In this document: positions 61,442 through 64,000 of the stretch, in pieces
Position numbering within the stretch: position 1 is the stretch's first letter
Layout: each line of letters begins with the position of its first letter
Assembly (NCBI GenBank): GCA_010093815.1
Contig: ML996567.1
Source of the DNA: Pseudovirgaria hyperparasitica
Lineage: Eukaryota
Direction: 5' to 3' (one strand)
Length of the DNA: 64,000 bases
The notes under the pieces: model-generated
The model's input: the letters and a program-made list of their open reading frames with translations, nothing else
Database searches by the model: none
What the model was told of the DNA's origin: nothing
Program-made: the position numbers and the translations under genes

Positions 61442-62639
61442 GGGGACTCCAGCCGGTGTACCAAGTTTGAACATGTAAACACTCTTAGAAAGCGCGCACC
61501 GGCACGGAAGGGGTGAAACATTATATTCCACGGTGATTTCAATTAATCGTATTCTTGCTACATAGCGTGTTCAATTGCCTCGAGCCGCTGCCCGTAAGAA
61601 ACCTCTGTGATTCAGATACACGCACCGGGTACTGCGTGTCGAGTCGTTCCTAAGGACTCACCACAACGGTGTGTACACGCCCTCCCAGGCCAAACCACAC
61701 TGATGTACATCATCGACATGAACTCCGAAAATCTGCGCGAAATTGCCAAACCTTCCGCTTCGATGACGCTGGCTCCATCGGCTGTTCCATGAGATGGACT
61801 GTGGAGACGAGTAAGAAGAACTCAGAGTCAGAGGCGGTGCTGATACTCCAGGAGGGGTATACGCGGAAGTGGAGTCGGATGAAGAGGACTGTAGAGTTGA
61901 TTGGGAGAACGGTAGCAGGCGGCTCAGGGGATTGGTTGAGGTTTTGTCCCAGTCGCGTATTGACTCGGTGCATTGATTCATGTGGTGCTACACGTTTGAT
62001 CTATAAGTAGTTACAGTGAGCGTTAGAAATACCTGTCTACTTTCTATTTACTCTTCTCTTTTGAAGATCCGACGTGAGACATTGATTAGTCGGTAGCAGG
62101 GAGGAGTCGAGGGATGAAGGTCAGTCTTACGATAGGCATGTGGATTCAGCTGAGTTTTCTTTATATCACAAAGCGTCTGCCTTTGTAGCCAATACCAGAT
62201 AGGCCGATCCAACAAGATTGGACCTCCTGGATCTGGCACGAGCGGTCCGCCATCATGTAAAAAGTCGCAGCGATGGCCTTTTGAATATAGTGAGGAGAAG
62301 AAGTGAAACAAACGACAGGACTGCTGGCACTTTGACATCACGAACACACACAAGTACATATGGAGAATTTATTCTCATTCATGCCCTAGGCAATTATACT
62401 AGTTCCTCTCGCTTTCGAGAGGAGCAGCCCAAAAGAGTAGTAGCTAGCTTTGACGTGAAGCGATATGGCGCTCCTGCCCGTCAAGCCCAGAGCCTCAAGT
62501 GATCGTGGCAAAGTGTCTAAGGTAGCATGATCCGGGATGCGCCTTCATCGGCGCATGTGAAGCCGAAGCAGAACACCTTACAGTAATATCAGATACAGCG
62601 AAAGAGTTACGAAGTCTAAACGGATTGTGATGATAGCCT

Positions 62640-64000
62640 TCATGAGGGGCCTAGGTTGGGGAACGGCCGGTTACCAATAGGCACGTTGAATGGGTTGTGG
62701 GGGATGCTGTGGCCTTGGATAGGGCTACCAATCTCCCCTACTCCAGACTTCCTTGCGAGATCAAGCCCCTCTTCGAACGTGACGAATAGACGTGAGCCAG
62801 ACGGGTGAAAATGGAAGAGACCTCCTCCATTAGTGTTATCGCCTTCTGTCTCAAGAACAGCCTTTAGATCATTTGGAGTAGTCGGTGCTTCATTGGGGTT
62901 TGAGTTGATTCGTTGAAGGATTTCGTTAAGCTCACAGTGCTCGTATTGGGACTTTGACGCGTTCAGATCCCTATAAGCTTGTATCGCTCTCAATCGAAGC
63001 GACACGGCATATGGAAGACTAGGTCTCGAAGCACCAAAGCCAAACGGGAGCCCTCGTCCTGTCGGAGAACTTCCCCATCCACCTGCAGAAGGTAGACCAG
63101 GAGCAGACATTGGACCAAAACCTGTGGGTGTACTCCACATGTTGCTGGCTCCGCTGGGGCCGCCAAGTCCAAAAGATTCTACTCTAGGCCTATTCGGAAC
63201 TGGAAACATCGATCCATTTGGTGCACTTCCGAAGGGCATTCTTGAAACTCCCTGTGGTATGCTACTGCGCCGTGAATCGACATCATTCGGTGCAAGGGTT
63301 TCGTTTGGGTCATCGGTATCATCCAACAAGGCTTTGCTACCAAGATGATTACTTAGGTCGTCAACTTCTGTACTGTTGTTAGGCCGATCTTCTCGGGGCT
63401 TTACACTCGAAGGACGCTGAATTGGAGTTGGTCTCGCGATCGGATTCGGAGGGTATCCACCGTGAGGGATATCATCAACATGGGGCACGCCATTGAAGCT
63501 GTCCATTGTTCCAGAAGCCTGTCGTGAATGGGATGGTAGACCTTCTCGAAATCCTGGACCGGGCATCGGCATTCCGATTCCAGGGATAGGAGCAGGAAAT
63601 CCAGGTGGAGCGTTTAGTCCGTAGCCTTGACCATGCGGTGGCATCATTCCTGGCCCTCCCATACCCGGTGGAGGTGGCATTCCCGGTCCCGGGGGCCCAA
63701 GGCCTCGAAACTGGGATGGGATAGGATTCTGATGATGCATTGGAAACATCGGAGGCATGCCCGGGCCAGGACCTCGTTGACCCATGTTGGGTAGTAGGGG
63801 AGACGGAGTGATGAAGCCATTCAAACCCGGTGGCATTGCTCCTCCGAATCCGTGGTTAAGATGCTGATGATTTATTCCAGGTGGACCAAGTGATTGCGAA
63901 GGTGACGATGATTGTGTACTCTGTGTACTAGATCCGTGATGTTGTGAAGGCCGAGTGAGGAGCTGCTTGGGTATACCAGTGCTTGCTATCGTGCTTGGTG
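62640..64000 (-). CDS. NST1: Stress response protein Nst1, C-terminal part; gene continues beyond the window
   Basis: Pro/Gly-rich region with PIARPTPIQRPSSV, VDDLSNHLGSKALLDD and LETEGDNTNGGGLF, which I recognise from Pezizomycotina Nst1. Confidence 0.8.
   Translation of the reverse strand, partial: PSTIASTGIPKQLLTRPSQHHGSSTQSTQSSSPSQSLGPPGINHQHLNHGFGGAMPPGLNGFITPSPLLPNMGQRGPGPGMPPMFPMHHQNPIPSQFRGLGPPGPGMPPPPGMGGPGMMPPHGQGYGLNAPPGFPAPIPGIGMPMPGPGFREGLPSHSRQASGTMDSFNGVPHVDDIPHGGYPPNPIARPTPIQRPSSVKPREDRPNNSTEVDDLSNHLGSKALLDDTDDPNETLAPNDVDSRRSSIPQGVSRMPFGSAPNGSMFPVPNRPRVESFGLGGPSGASNMWSTPTGFGPMSAPGLPSAGGWGSSPTGRGLPFGFGASRPSLPYAVSLRLRAIQAYRDLNASKSQYEHCELNEILQRINSNPNEAPTTPNDLKAVLETEGDNTNGGGLFHFHPSGSRLFVTFEEGLDLARKSGVGEIGSPIQGHSIPHNPFNVPIGNRPFPNLGPS

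Noticed and set aside
61722..61976. Protein-like + frame interrupted by TGA/TAA (possible pseudogene relic)
   Set aside because: No identifiable homology by eye; a blastx search would be needed.
1..64000. tRNA, rRNA, snRNA, transposons, RIP-degraded repeats, telomerase template, TGA-CTA readthrough stops
   Set aside because: I looked by eye for hallmark motifs and found none. tRNAscan-SE, Rfam and RepeatMasker runs would be needed to exclude them.

Overview
Gene-dense, intron-containing genomic DNA of a filamentous ascomycete (Pezizomycotina; the housekeeping proteins look Eurotiomycete-like, which is an inference). Introns are mostly 45-125 nt with GT..CTRAC..YAG signals. I reconstructed 23 protein-coding genes, most of them spliced. 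They include HIR3 (partial), a ChAPs/exomer gene (BUD7/BCH1), RPS16, an SmgGDS-like ARM protein, a 142-aa hyperacidic protein missed by the ORF track, BRF1, TOR, a Mae1/SLAC1 dicarboxylate transporter, a Zn2Cys6-DUF3425 factor, a divergent Prp4-like kinase, NAD(P) transhydrogenase, DEF1, an F-box-like protein, an esterase ending in PTS1, a metallo-beta-lactamase-fold hydrolase, VPS35, ISA2, kynureninase, a secreted Pro/Thr/Glu-rich protein, three hypothetical proteins and NST1 (partial). I recognised no tRNA, rRNA, transposon or CRISPR array, and found no unambiguous novel multi-gene system. The best leads are: a Prp4-like kinase with Glu at the activation-loop Tyr position; the prothymosin-like acidic protein; TOR with DYG in place of DFG; a transporter-TF pair with CGG repeats between them; microsatellites that form tandem branch sites; a GC-AG intron; and GC-rich, strand-skewed, microsatellite-rich zones at convergent 3' ends. 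Exon boundaries were derived by hand and need RNA-seq confirmation.
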